Below, piece by piece: positions 53,176 to 64,000 of a stretch of DNA of 64,000 bases. Location: positions 124,001 through 188,000 of the forward strand of contig JAHDYR010000064.1 of NCBI GenBank assembly GCA_019828565.1, written 5' to 3'. The position numbers and the translations under genes are program-made. The stretch's first letter is position 1. The number at the start of each line of letters is the position of its first letter. The stretch is from Carpediemonas membranifera BICM. Lineage: Eukaryota; Protista; Fornicata. Under the pieces are notes generated by a model. It did no database searches, had not been told where the DNA came from, and saw nothing but the letters and a program-made list of their open reading frames with translations.

Positions 53176-53279
53176 GCTCGACTGAGTAGCAAGCCCAGCC
53201 TGAACGATGATTGAATGAAGACACGTTTTTAACAAGAGCATGGGATAAAACTTTACAAATACAGAGAGCTAGCAACTAT

Positions 53280-54305
53280 CTACACTAGCTTACCGAACAC
53301 CTGCAGCGGAATGGCGTTCGGGTGAATGATGGCCGCCTCGTCGTCCGAATCATACGAGTCGCCCACCAGATCACTGCTGCTCTGGAAGGGCGACATACCG
53401 TGTGACGGCTCCTCGCTGCGTGTGGTAGACAATGGAGAGTGCTCCATGTGCGCCTCAGGCCCTGGGCGGCCTACAGCAAGGGTGAGGGGCGAGTCGGCGT
53501 TCTTCGAGTGAACCATGCGAACAATGTTCATCACAAGCTCATGCTCAGCAGCTATGATCGAGTGGCGGTTGCGAAGGTGGGCTGAGACTGCGCTTTCTTT
53601 GCTGAACTTGGCGTGGCAGCTGGCCAAGGGGCAGACGAACTGATCAGTGTGCACCTCACGCTGGTGCTTCGAAAGCTGAGGCACGTACTTGCGGCACGCC
53701 TCACACCAGTATTTGCTTCGCTCGCTAGGGGCCAATAGCTCGGTGTGAGCTGTTGCAAAATGACCGTGGAGGTCGTAATGGAGAGTGTGGCACTTCGGGC
53801 ACTCATATCGAGCTCGTTCGGTCGGTGTAATCTCGTTGGCGTGGTGCGCTAGCCTGTGCTTGACGACTATATTCGGCACATGGCTGTAGAATGTGCATCC
53901 ACCACAACACAGGTGGGAATGAGCGTGCTTCATGTGCTTATACACCTCATCCACTGAGGCGAAGCCCTGGCCGCAGCTTTCTTTCGCGCAGGGCACGAGG
54001 CGATGGACCTCGAGCATGTGGACTGTCCTACTGGTGATGGTGGGGAACGATTGGTTGCAGACGCTGCTGGAACCATTCGCCGTGGTAACGCACCGGCAAG
54101 TATACTTCCCCTTCTTGCGTGCGGTAACTTGTGAGAGCATCGTTTCTTCAGCGCGGGCCGGTACCGAGAAACGGATAGTTGTGGTATTGAAACCCAACCA
54201 AATCAAATCTTTTGCGATGGGGTCGCCCGCTATTTGTGTTGCGTCAAGCAGTGGGCCCAGGAGGCCACTTAGAGCCCACCGTCTCAGATTATGGTGGTCA
54301 ATCAT
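53280..54305 (-). CDS. C2H2 zinc-finger protein
   Basis: Several C-x2-4-C...H-x3-4-H units (e.g. CPLASCHAKFSKESAVSAHLRNRH). Confidence 0.85.
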   Translation of the reverse strand: MIDHHNLRRWALSGLLGPLLDATQIAGDPIAKDLIWLGFNTTTIRFSVPARAEETMLSQVTARKKGKYTCRCVTTANGSSSVCNQSFPTITSRTVHMLEVHRLVPCAKESCGQGFASVDEVYKHMKHAHSHLCCGGCTFYSHVPNIVVKHRLAHHANEITPTERARYECPKCHTLHYDLHGHFATAHTELLAPSERSKYWCEACRKYVPQLSKHQREVHTDQFVCPLASCHAKFSKESAVSAHLRNRHSIIAAEHELVMNIVRMVHSKNADSPLTLAVGRPGPEAHMEHSPLSTTRSEEPSHGMSPFQSSSDLVGDSYDSDDEAAIIHPNAIPLQVFGKLV

Positions 54306-54414
54306 TTTGGTTCTAAAGACGGTGTTGGGAACGGAAGGGACTGGTACTACGGAAACATGCGGGAATCACAACTGCCGCCGTACTCCATGGGCCCTACCGC
54401 CGTAAAAATGTCGT

Positions 54415-55245
54415 TTGACCATTGTTGAACTGGTCTGCCTCCAATTTCGCAACGACGATTTGCTCTTGCATGACAGTGGCCCGATGAACGCACTCGTCAA
54501 AATCATGCGTGGACTTCCCACCGCTATCCAGTTGCCTCCATCTCTTAAGATCACCAGTTGCTCTGCGCCTACAACACGAAGAAACTCCCGCAGTGACCTT
54601 AATCCATCATCAATTTCCATAGAGACGCTTGTATCATTCTTCGACATCAATCTAACGCCCTTTATACCGCAACCGCAAGTGTTTAAGCCCACAGAAGCTG
54701 TTGCTATGAGGGATCTCCAAGAACTCCTGCTCAACAACGGCCACGCCGTAGACAGGCTCTCCATGCGTCCTTTCACCATTGCCAACCAGTACGAGGTTGA
54801 GGGCCGCACGTGCACCTTTACCGCCTCCGTCCATGGCCTGACGACCAACAAAGTCCCCATCATCATCTTCAGCCCAGACCAGCTTGCCGCAGGCATGCTG
54901 ATCCCTACTGATTCACACACACGCCTCTCCTTCCGAGCAGTAACTGTGCGTCTACTCGTATCCATGGCCATGCTCGTCCAGGACACGTCCCAGGCCATTC
55001 TTGTCTATAGAGACGACTACTCCATCGGCTCAGTCTCCTTGTTCACAGCGAGGCTTGCATATGAGTGGCTGCAGTATAGAAGGACGCTCTTGTACAACAT
55101 TTCATTCTTTTGCCGCGAGGTTCGCACTGACGCTGAGGAGGAGCGAGCTAGGGTTCTTGTACACTCGATGGCGTGCGACGTGTTCAGCCACAAGCTCGCT
55201 ATTGACGCCGCATCACCTAGGCTGCACGATTTTCAGTCCGGTTGA
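54415..55245 (+). CDS. Hypothetical protein (start uncertain)
   Basis: 276-aa ORF only. Confidence 0.55.
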   Translation: MTIVELVCLQFRNDDLLLHDSGPMNALVKIMRGLPTAIQLPPSLKITSCSAPTTRRNSRSDLNPSSISIETLVSFFDINLTPFIPQPQVFKPTEAVAMRDLQELLLNNGHAVDRLSMRPFTIANQYEVEGRTCTFTASVHGLTTNKVPIIIFSPDQLAAGMLIPTDSHTRLSFRAVTVRLLVSMAMLVQDTSQAILVYRDDYSIGSVSLFTARLAYEWLQYRRTLLYNISFFCREVRTDAEEERARVLVHSMACDVFSHKLAIDAASPRLHDFQSG

Positions 55246-55372
55246 CCATGCTCTGTCTTTTGATTCGATCAATATTTTTCCACATCCGACGCATATAACA
55301 CACATAACATAAACCACGGTTACGTCCTATCTGAGATTTACTTTAACCATTACGTTAATCAGCCCCACGTCC

Positions 55373-56209
55373 CTATCCTGGCGAGCTGACAGCCGAGCGC
55401 CGCGCTCTTCTCGGCGACACGCCCGCGCTAAACTTCGACTCAATCTGACTTGACTCCCAGCCCTCCAATCGACAAGGCGACAGCGCCGGGACCGAGCTCG
55501 GCTGGTATAGGTCCCGCTGTCTGCATGGAATTTTTCTGCGATCCTTTGCCAGCAGCCTGCCGTCCCGCGACCGTTTGCAGAACACGACCGCAACTGAGTC
55601 AGGCTGAAGCTCAGCGTCGTCAAATGCTGGAGAACATGGCTGACCCACTGCGAACTGGTCGCCGCATTGGATAACGCATGGTGTGTTGTTGGAGATGATA
55701 TGGCCGGCCACTGGCTTGAACACGCGCGTCTTAGGGACCAGCGTGCGTACACCATCGTTGCGGGTGACTACACGATGTCTGTGCCGCAATCTCGGGATGA
55801 AAGCGCTGAAAATGAAGGGAAGCGAGGCGTGTGTAAGGATCGTGATCACTCTGTAAAACGTAGTTTGGACGGTACTCAGTAGAAGAACAACCCAGAGCGT
55901 AAACTGGGCATTCCAGAAGTTACCTGAGCATATTGAGCAAGAGCTGAGGAGGGCAAGCACCATGATGAACGCCGCAACATAGAGGATGGCAGAGGTCAAT
56001 AGGAAGTATGCAACGAGGCCAAAACGGAAGAAGAAACGCTTTGGAATCAGGCTTGGGACTCCTACGATCAGTAGCAAGGCCACAATCGGCAAAAGGTAGT
56101 AAGAGGCAAGTGCAAGGGCAGCCACCACCGTCAAAACGCACATGACGCCCAGATTAACGAAGCAGATGCCCCACAGAGCAGCAACAGTTGCTCTTCTATA
56201 GTTAAACAT
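55373..56209 (-). CDS. Hypothetical multi-pass membrane protein
   Basis: 4-5 hydrophobic segments in the N-terminal half. Confidence 0.6.
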   Translation of the reverse strand: MFNYRRATVAALWGICFVNLGVMCVLTVVAALALASYYLLPIVALLLIVGVPSLIPKRFFFRFGLVAYFLLTSAILYVAAFIMVLALLSSCSICSGNFWNAQFTLWVVLLLSTVQTTFYRVITILTHASLPFIFSAFIPRLRHRHRVVTRNDGVRTLVPKTRVFKPVAGHIISNNTPCVIQCGDQFAVGQPCSPAFDDAELQPDSVAVVFCKRSRDGRLLAKDRRKIPCRQRDLYQPSSVPALSPCRLEGWESSQIESKFSAGVSPRRARRSAVSSPG

Positions 56210-56341
56210 TGTCTATTGAACAAACTCACGGTGTAGCTACGACATCGCAATTCGTAGTGCAGATTATTCCGCGGCAGTCGCTTTGCGTGATGTAAGCACA
56301 GCATACTTACGAACTCAACTCGTCTACATCTAACCATCTAT

Positions 56342-58963
56342 TTACTTAAACCCTGGCTTTTTCGGGCTCCGAAGTGCCATGCCAGCACCGAAACTGGCGG
56401 CGATGCCGGCCCCCATCAACCCCCAGCGGACGCCGTTATTCAGACGACGGACCTCAGCTCCGACCACCGCACGCTCCGTGGTTTCCTCCACAGAATCCTT
56501 AGCCCCAGTAGCAGTCTGCTCCTGGTGCTGGGCGATCACTATCCTGAGGCTCTCGACCTCTTGTTCCAGCGCTGCCTTCTCGGCGGTGACTGTGGCTAGA
56601 GCAGCCTCGAGATGGCTAATGGCATCGTTGTTGGCGTCGACTGAGCTTGCAAGCCGTGTTTCGAGCGCGGCCTTGTCGGATAGAAGGTCGGCGACGACGA
56701 CCTCGTGCTCCTCAGTCGTCGAGACGAGTGCGGCCTCCAGCGCAGCCTTCTCGTCAGCGATGGAGTCGACCTTGCCCTTCAGCTCCTTGTGGAGCTCCGC
56801 GAACTTCGCGTCTTCGGTCCCGCAATAAACTGCCTGATCCTGCTCGACCTCATCAACCCCCCTCTTCCAGATCATCCTTTCATTCTGCTCGCGGACACTC
56901 GCCAACTCGCCCTCGACCTGCACCAGCCTCGCCTTGAGATCATCGGCCCTCGCCTCCGCCTCTCCGAGCCCGCTCGCCCGCTGCTCGAGCATCTGGCTGA
57001 TTGTCTGCTCCAGGGCAAACCCGGCCAGCCTGTGCTCCTCGGACTGGTCTCTGAGCCGCCCTTCAAGCTCTGCCCGCTCGGCCCTTAGCGCCTCCACCAC
57101 GGTCTCGAGGTCAGACTGAGTCGCCTGGGTCGTTGACTGCGCCTCGACAAGTCTGGTCTGAAGAGCCGCGGTCTCCTCGGTCAGAGCCGCGATCCTCGAG
57201 TGGAGGGTGGCCTCGGTGTTGTCCCGGTCCTTGAGCGCCTCTGCTGTGTGCCGGGCAGCGGCACGGGTCTCCTCCTCGAGCGAGGCGACTCGACCCTGCA
57301 GTTGCGTCTTCTCGCCGTCCAGCTTGGCCACAGTCTGTCTCAGCTTCGTGATTACTCCGTTGGCGACGTCCTTTGCCCGCTGCATGCCAGCCAGGTCACC
57401 CTTCAGCGCTGTAACGGTCTCCCCAAGCTCTGCAACATCATCTCTTGCCTTCCGCTCCTGCGTTTCAACCACAGAGACGGGGCGACCCTCCGTGACGTTG
57501 GGTGCTCGTGCTTGGCCACCGACCGCCTTGTGCCCTCGACCCGCGACTAACTGAAGATTCTTGGCCAGGGCCTTGTTCTCCTTCTCCATTGCTTCCAGCT
57601 TCGTCTCATGCTTAATCCGAGTTTGGTCCAGCTCGAGGGTTTTGGCCTCGGATGCCTCAAGAAGATCATATAATTCGCCAATCTTCTCCGTCAGAGCCAG
57701 TTTGGCCGCCCGAGCAGCCTTCAGCTTGGACTCCACGAGCTGCTTCTCGGCCTCGACGTCCTCGACGGCCTGCTCGAGGTCCTCGCGGTCTTGCAGGCTG
57801 TCCTTGTGTGAGGTGGCAACTTCATCGTATTTGGCTTTGAGTACCTTGTAAACCTGCTCGGATTCAATCAGAGAGACCTTGAGGTCGCGGGTCGTCTCGG
57901 TGAGTGCGGCGAGCTCGGCGTTGTTCTTCTCGCGCTCGGAAGTGAGGCTCGCGACACGGGCTTGGAGGCCAGCGTGCTCGGTACGGAGAATACCGTAGTT
58001 CTTGGACATCCGCTTGTGCTCCTTCTTGAGTCCGTCGAGCTCTCGTGAGGCAGCCTCAGCCTTGGTCTCGAAATCCGTCTTTTGGAGACGAAGAACGTTA
58101 AGCTCTTCCTCGAGATCAACACTAGAGCCACGCCGGGCCTTCGCCTCGTTGGCCTCGACCACGAAGTGCTCCATGGCGGCCCTCTGCTGGTCTAGCGCGT
58201 CGCATCGCATCTTCATCTCGCGCAGCTCATCCTCGAGGGCATCGGTCCGAAGCGCCTTGCCTTGCGCATCACGCAGCTGCTCCACCATGACCGAGAATGA
58301 GTTGTCCATGCGCTCCTTCTCGGCTCTGAGGGTCGATATCGTCTCCCGAAGCACGCGCTGCTCGTCTTTCGCCTGGCTCACCCATTCTTCGCCGAAAGAA
58401 CGGACAGTCTCCCTAATACGGTCCATGTCCCTGATCTTGGCCCGCTCCTCCTCAGTCTCGGCGTCCTCGTGGGCGCGGAGGACGGCCAGTTCGGCCTTGA
58501 GCCACTCGTTTTCCCGCGTGGCCCAAAAGACAATCTCCTCCTTCGTCGAGTTGACCTGAGCGAGCGCCTTGTTATCACGCTGCAGGTCCATGATCATCTC
58601 CTTCAGATCGAAGAGATCGTTGCTGAGACTGTCACTCTCAACGATCGTCAGCCAGTCGTTGCGAGGCGAAGTCGGTGCTGATGCGTTCTGACTGCCGTAG
58701 CCAGCAGGAGGCTTCAGCTTTGATACTGGACGACCGTGAATTGGTACGCTAGCCTCGCTCGTGGCATCCCCGCGCTTTGAAAAGGGCGAACCAAGGATGG
58801 GTGTGGCCATGCTGACTGCACGCTGCCGTAAGCTCAGCGTATTGCGCCTACTAGCACTAGACTTCGATTGTGTTGACGGTGAAGCTCCTTCTGCAACAGA
58901 GCCTCGAGGTGGCATGCCTCCTTGGCATTCGAACAAATTACATGTCCCATTTATCGTATACAT
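56342..58963 (-). CDS. Long coiled-coil protein with a putative C-terminal tail anchor
   Basis: Heptad repeats over about 700 aa; WGLMGAGIAASFGAGMAL followed by a basic tail. Confidence 0.8.
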   Translation of the reverse strand: MYTINGTCNLFECQGGMPPRGSVAEGASPSTQSKSSASRRNTLSLRQRAVSMATPILGSPFSKRGDATSEASVPIHGRPVSKLKPPAGYGSQNASAPTSPRNDWLTIVESDSLSNDLFDLKEMIMDLQRDNKALAQVNSTKEEIVFWATRENEWLKAELAVLRAHEDAETEEERAKIRDMDRIRETVRSFGEEWVSQAKDEQRVLRETISTLRAEKERMDNSFSVMVEQLRDAQGKALRTDALEDELREMKMRCDALDQQRAAMEHFVVEANEAKARRGSSVDLEEELNVLRLQKTDFETKAEAASRELDGLKKEHKRMSKNYGILRTEHAGLQARVASLTSEREKNNAELAALTETTRDLKVSLIESEQVYKVLKAKYDEVATSHKDSLQDREDLEQAVEDVEAEKQLVESKLKAARAAKLALTEKIGELYDLLEASEAKTLELDQTRIKHETKLEAMEKENKALAKNLQLVAGRGHKAVGGQARAPNVTEGRPVSVVETQERKARDDVAELGETVTALKGDLAGMQRAKDVANGVITKLRQTVAKLDGEKTQLQGRVASLEEETRAAARHTAEALKDRDNTEATLHSRIAALTEETAALQTRLVEAQSTTQATQSDLETVVEALRAERAELEGRLRDQSEEHRLAGFALEQTISQMLEQRASGLGEAEARADDLKARLVQVEGELASVREQNERMIWKRGVDEVEQDQAVYCGTEDAKFAELHKELKGKVDSIADEKAALEAALVSTTEEHEVVVADLLSDKAALETRLASSVDANNDAISHLEAALATVTAEKAALEQEVESLRIVIAQHQEQTATGAKDSVEETTERAVVGAEVRRLNNGVRWGLMGAGIAASFGAGMALRSPKKPGFK

Positions 58964-59415
58964 CAGGGTTTACCCTGCTCCCGAGCGCGGGCACGTCATG
59001 TCGTGAGTCCGGAGGGAGCTCTTAGAGGTGGACGCGACTAGGGAGGAATGAAAGGACAACTTACACAGCTCTCGCGTCAATGGTCCGGCTGCACCCGCGG
59101 CACATGACCTGCCTCCGGTTCGCGCTGATTGTGGCCGACCGATCGGCTCGTCGACGCCATGCCAGCCATATAACGCCATAATCGAACAGGATGACAGCGC
59201 TCACATTCGGCGAGGAAGCGTGGGTCGGGCGGGTCCAGCAGGTACGGCGTCCACTCTGCAGCTCTTGCGTTGAGCAAGCCTGGAGACAACGGTGTCGTGT
59301 TCAGCTACGAAAGCGCCCCATTTTACAGCAATACATCGGGCTCACAGAGTAAAAAGTTGTCCTTTATTCCTCATTGTGCACGTTAATGCCAGACCTAATC
59401 AATTGATTAACACAA

Positions 59416-61219
59416 TCATTTTTCAGCCCTCTCTTCCGCAAGGATCGCGAGCCTTCTTCTATGTGTATTAAGCGCCTGAATGAGCGTCACATCATCCGGA
59501 GTCTCCTTAGCTACTCTCAACAAAAGCCGGCTGAGCGTGTTGGTCAAAACATAGCATTCCGTCGCATCCTTTCCAGCACACATCGTATCTACGTTGAGAG
59601 AGATCCGCGCCATCCTGTACACCTGCCTCAGCTCGCCCGGTGTGACGTCTGCTCGTATTTCGAGCAGTTTACGGCACGATGGGGAGTCGATGAAGGCTCG
59701 ATACATTGCACGCCAGTCTCTGCGTTTCATGGAGAACAGCTTGGGCTTGCCGATATTGGCGAGGAGCTCGGCCTCGCTGAATGAATCAATAGGTTGGGGA
59801 TCTTGAAGAAAAGCCTCGCCCGCGAGTGTGTTAATCAGCGGTGGCCTGAAGTATCTGTCGAAAGGAGTCAGGAACTCGTCCATAAGAGAGCCAAAGTGGT
59901 TACGGACAACCGCTTCGATGTCATCGGCACCGCGGCATTTGTTGGCGTTCTTAATAACCGCTGAATCTGGTGCAAGCGTGGTTGGGAAGTTAATCTCAAT
60001 CTTGAACTTCTTGGTAGGTGTGGCGAGGTGAATGACAACGTCCCAGGACTCAAGCCAACGTTCACATACGGGGTTGGTTACTCCTACAATAGTCGCCTTG
60101 GGTGGCGGGGTAGTAAAAATCTTATCGAAATCTCGGTCATATATCGGAAGATACGGTCTGTAATCTCCGCCAAAGGGACATGGGTCAGTGAGGGTCAAGA
60201 GACCAAGGACGGTGAGCCCCACGTTCCTCGGGTGTGCGCCAAAGACCAGGATCGATCTGCCGGTCAGCACAGCCTCGAAGCATGCCCACAGCGACTCGAG
60301 CTGACTCTTGACTCGACTGACTTTGGCTCCAAAGTGGGTAATGAGTGTCTGCGGACCGCAAACGGGCAAGTGGTGTTCGATTAGAGCCATGGGTGACTCC
60401 GACCTGTCATCTGAGGCCGCATAGAGGTAGGAGAAGCCAGGGCGTGGGGCACCAGGGATGGGGCAGGCGGGGATCACTCCGTGGACGGACATCGACCGGG
60501 ATCTCCTCAGCCGGGGCCGGGGAGCTGCCGGGGGAGACTGGACCATCCTGTGGCCTATCTCAGCGTAAGCATCGCCCAGGTCATGCATCTGGGTCGAGGC
60601 GTGGACCTTACCTTTGCCGCATGTCTGGGTCTTGGGTCGAGGTAAGGCGAAAGTGCCGACCGTGCCAAGGAGAGGCAGACAGGCAACAGAGCCGGGTAGA
60701 GGAGCGGGCCAGGTGGTTGTTGACCTGTACGTCTCTTTGAATATCTCTAGGACGTTGGTATGCTCGAGGGCGGTGGGGCCGACGATGCTGGTAATGTACT
60801 CGGTGACGTCCACGTAGCTGTGGCGCATAAGGACAACTATAGCGCACTGGGAGTGGCCTCTCTGGTTCGTGGGGTCGGGACGCTGGCGGTAGAAGGTCAT
60901 GCCGAAGAGGCTTTGCTCTTTGATCGGGCCTTCAGGACGTTTGAAAACGAAGGCGAAGGATGTGTCTCCTTCGATGCAATCGTTGGAGTCTGGGAACGAT
61001 AGAAACGCAAGGTTCACCCTATCGCTCTCTGAAAGCGCCGTGGTTTCTGGATAGACGTACTCCACTGTCTGGCCCTGTGTTAGAGGCTCGGAGAAAACGA
61101 ACTTCATGGATATTGAACGTAACATAGATTAGAGAGTGAAGCCACGCTGATTCAGCGGCCCCATCGACGTCATACTCTTGTGTGACGACCATCCGAGGAT
61201 TGTTGCAGGCTATGCTCAT
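59416..61219 (-). CDS. DENND6: DENND6-like DENN-domain Rab GEF, 2 exons (intron 61075-61102)
   Basis: Splicing gives YVTFNIHE|GQTVEYVYP; LAFLSFPDSN, RGHSQ, DYRPY, GVTNP, FLTPFDRYF. Confidence 0.85.
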
Positions 61220-61467
61220 CCGATTGAATCACGATGAAAACAGCGCTGCTGGACTTGCATGTGTGTGTGCAGGGTGGAGAGGACGACAGATGTATTGTGG
61301 CGGCGGTCTTTGAAAGTTAAGTAGGTCAACCTGCATGACACGCAAAGTCAAGGCATGCATTATTGGCATAACCGTACGGCTATCAGGCCTCATCCACCTG
61401 CAACTCGCCCCACTCCCCACTCACACGTTCACCGGGCACTGGATCTTTATATGTCTCACGGTACAAA

Positions 61468-61974
61468 TCATGACCTGAGCTGGTCCATGATGTCGTGGGG
61501 AATGATACGGACCAAGAGGGAGGACATGATGCGGTACAGGATGAAGAAGAAGAGAAGTAGATACATGACCATTCTGATGATTGTTGACTTCTTCGAAGCA
61601 CCAAAGTGGATAAAGATGTTGGATGAATCAAACTTGACAGCATTGTTCCTGATGCGCTGTACTTGGATGACGATGAGTGGGACCATCAAGACGAGGAAAC
61701 CGAGCCAGTCAAAGCAGAGCATCAGGAGGACGCTCGCGGCAAAAGTGACGTAGACCTCGGGGAACATCCACCGGTTCAGCTTCTGGCAGAAAGTGATGGG
61801 GTTGATGAAATCTTGCTCCAGGTCAGAAAGGAAGAGGAGAACACCCAATTGAAAAAAGAAAAAAAGAAGGAATACAGCGCATACCCAGGTGACACAATAC
61901 ATCAGAATCTGCAGAATGGTCACATTGGGGTTAATAATTCCATTCAAAGGGAAATGAGCGAAGGCTTCGAGCAT
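61468..61974 (-). CDS. Cornichon/Erv14 family ER cargo receptor
   Basis: LSDLEQDFINP..FC.KLN...FPE and three hydrophobic segments. Confidence 0.88.
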   Translation of the reverse strand: MLEAFAHFPLNGIINPNVTILQILMYCVTWVCAVFLLFFFFQLGVLLFLSDLEQDFINPITFCQKLNRWMFPEVYVTFAASVLLMLCFDWLGFLVLMVPLIVIQVQRIRNNAVKFDSSNIFIHFGASKKSTIIRMVMYLLLFFFILYRIMSSLLVRIIPHDIMDQLRS

Positions 61975-62267
61975 TTTCCAGCTCTTTTCGAGTTCGTGCT
62001 GCTGGAATTACGTGAATCAATGTAATCCGAGGTTATCTCACATAAATGAGAAACAAGCCTCTGCCAACGTCATGATGAAACCCACATATCAGACGTAAGC
62101 ATGCTGGATCGCCTCACCTGCCCTCCATGAGACACCATCGGCCACTCAGCAATGATCCGGATCAAAGTACGAGTCAATTCGCAACAAATGCCCAACCATG
62201 GAAAGGCGCAGGATGGCTCTCGTCATACAAAACATGTGCTGAGCTTTATATGCATCTGGCAGCTTTC

Positions 62268-63467
62268 TTAATCGAGGCGGCGCTTGGCATCGCGCTCGAC
62301 GATCTTCTCGAGGGTAGCGGCGGGGTCCTTGAAGCGGGTGGCGAGGATCATGGCAGCGATGGCCCAGGGCTTGTTGCCGGCCTCGTTCCAGGAGTTCACG
62401 CGGAACTTCTCGAAAGTGGGGATGTCAACCTCGCCGTGCTCGCAGTTCAGGCCGGTGGTATCGCAGGGGAGGCAGTGGCACCACTGAGCGTCGGGGGCGC
62501 ACAGCTTCATGCGCTCCTCGGTGCACTCCCAGTCGATGTGCTTCTTGTTGCCCTCGAGAAGGCGCTTCTCGAGCTCGTCGAGCTTCTCCTGGAAGTCCTT
62601 GCCGCCCTTGCGGAGGAGCTCAGTGCGCTCAACGGCGAAGTTGTAGCCGAGCCAGCTCTTGGGGTAGACGATGTCGGCGTCCTTGAAGGCCTCGTCCATG
62701 GAGTGGGAGACGGTGAACTTGCCGCCAGACTCCTCGGCGTGCTTCTTGGCAACCTCGATGGTCTCGGGGAGGAGGTCGTAGCCCTCGGGGTGGGCGAGAT
62801 GGACGTCCATGCCGAAGCGGGTCATGAGGGCGATGATGGACTGGGGGACGGAGAGGGGCTTGCCGTAGGCGGGGGAGTAGGCCCAGGTCATGGCGATCTT
62901 CTTGCCCTTGAGCTTGTCGAGGCCACCGTAGGTCTTGGCGAAGTGGAGGAGGTCGCACATGGCCTGGGTGGGGTGGTCCTGGTCGCACTGCAGGTTGACG
63001 ATAGAGGGGCGCTGGTGAAGCACACCGGCGTCGAAGCCCTCCTGGACGGCCTCAGCGGTCTCAACCTGGAATTCGTGGCCTTCGCCGACGAACTTGTCGT
63101 CACGGATGCCGATGCACTCAGTGAGGAAAGAGATCATGTTGGCGCCCTCGCGGACAGTCTCGCCGTGAGCAGCCTGGGACTTGGTGTCGTCGAAGTCCTG
63201 GACCTGGAGGCCGAGGAGAGCGGCAGCGGAGGCAAAGGAGAAGCGAGTACGGGTGGAGTTATCGCGGAACTGGGAAACACCGAGAGAGCCGTTCTGGAAG
63301 ACGCGGCAGTCGATGTTCTCCTTGTAGAGAGCCTCGAGAGCAAGGGCGATCTTGGCAGTGCCCTCGATCTGTTCCTGGGTCATGTCCCATGTACGAAGCC
63401 AGTCCTTGTTGTACAGGTCGATGTTGAGCTCCTTAAGCTCTTTGATGATAGATTCAATCTTCTCCAT
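62268..63467 (-). CDS. ygeW: YgeW-type (knotted) carbamoyltransferase
   Basis: FRDNSTRTRFSFASA, HGETVRE.ANMISF, NLQCD.DHPTQ, MTWAYSP.YGKPLSVPQ, DADIVYPKSW, HCLP. Confidence 0.88.
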   Translation of the reverse strand: MEKIESIIKELKELNIDLYNKDWLRTWDMTQEQIEGTAKIALALEALYKENIDCRVFQNGSLGVSQFRDNSTRTRFSFASAAALLGLQVQDFDDTKSQAAHGETVREGANMISFLTECIGIRDDKFVGEGHEFQVETAEAVQEGFDAGVLHQRPSIVNLQCDQDHPTQAMCDLLHFAKTYGGLDKLKGKKIAMTWAYSPAYGKPLSVPQSIIALMTRFGMDVHLAHPEGYDLLPETIEVAKKHAEESGGKFTVSHSMDEAFKDADIVYPKSWLGYNFAVERTELLRKGGKDFQEKLDELEKRLLEGNKKHIDWECTEERMKLCAPDAQWCHCLPCDTTGLNCEHGEVDIPTFEKFRVNSWNEAGNKPWAIAAMILATRFKDPAATLEKIVERDAKRRLD

Positions 63468-64000
63468 CTATGGTAAGAAAAGGGAGGTGTTAGACGCTAC
63501 TGTAGCTTCTGTAGCGTACACAAAACGAACAAACTAGCAAGGCTTTGTCGAGACAAAAACTGTGTCCCGAAAACGAAGACGTCAAGAGAAGTCAAGATTG
63601 AGCACAACGGATTTTATATCAAGACCGAACCGTTAAGAAAGCCAACCGGCCGTGGTGAGCGGCCAATCCAGCCCGTGATAAGCCACCCTATTCGGTTTTG
63701 GATTTTCTTTGATGTGACCCTAAACTGCGGAAGTTCGATTAAGTGTTTCAATAAGAGCTCAAGGCCACACCATCGACTCAATCTGACGACTAATGTCATG
63801 GCCCGGATTTAATGTGACTAGTTCCCTGACTCGGAATGCGCAGTTTATAAAGATAGTTATCGGAACCTTAAGGATATCACACTAAGATCACTCAAGGAGC
63901 ACGAAAAGGCCGACTAACCCCATAGTTATGCAGTATTTCATGCACCCCACACTCTACTGTGCGCCCATTGCCCTCCCAAGCAACTTAGCTCATCCGCCCC

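Noticed and set aside
63468-63500. Possible 5' UTR intron ending CTTACCATAG before the ygeW ATG
   Set aside because: No convincing 5' splice site at the expected distance
1-64000. CRISPR array, rRNA or prokaryotic operons
   Set aside because: No repeat-spacer array or rRNA seen; introns and gene content are eukaryotic

Overview
This is compact, gene-dense eukaryotic DNA from an anaerobic or microaerophilic protist. Four 28-34 nt introns with a branch point fused to the 3' splice site, PPi-type PEPCK, a bacterial-type SOD and YgeW suggest a free-living fornicate/metamonad such as a Carpediemonas-like organism (inference). The first 13.2 kb is a retroelement island with four parts. (i) The 3' part of a chromodomain Ty3/Gypsy element carrying an extra antisense ORF with a chromo-like domain. 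(ii) Nested inside it, a full-length 4551-bp chromovirus with identical LTRs of only 43 bp, a 5-bp TSD (AGCCG) and no canonical PBS. (iii) A PAT/DIRS-like tyrosine-recombinase retrotransposon with split direct repeats (A1...B1-A2-B2), ending 2 nt upstream of a tRNA-Tyr gene. (iv) A probable remnant of an older related element at the same site. At 38-40.7 kb, a decayed Fanzor/TnpB-like fragment abuts a two-gene IS630/Tc1-like transposon. The rest is host genes: kinase-pseudophosphatase, SH3-RhoGAP, SOD, membrane-anchored bZIP, MSH4, MORN protein, PPi-PEPCK, Prp31, FG-GAP protein, METTL21-like methyltransferase, DHX37, C2H2 zinc finger, DENND6, cornichon and YgeW. Several genes carry single indels that may be assembly errors. 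All protein calls rest on motifs recognised by eye, with no database search.
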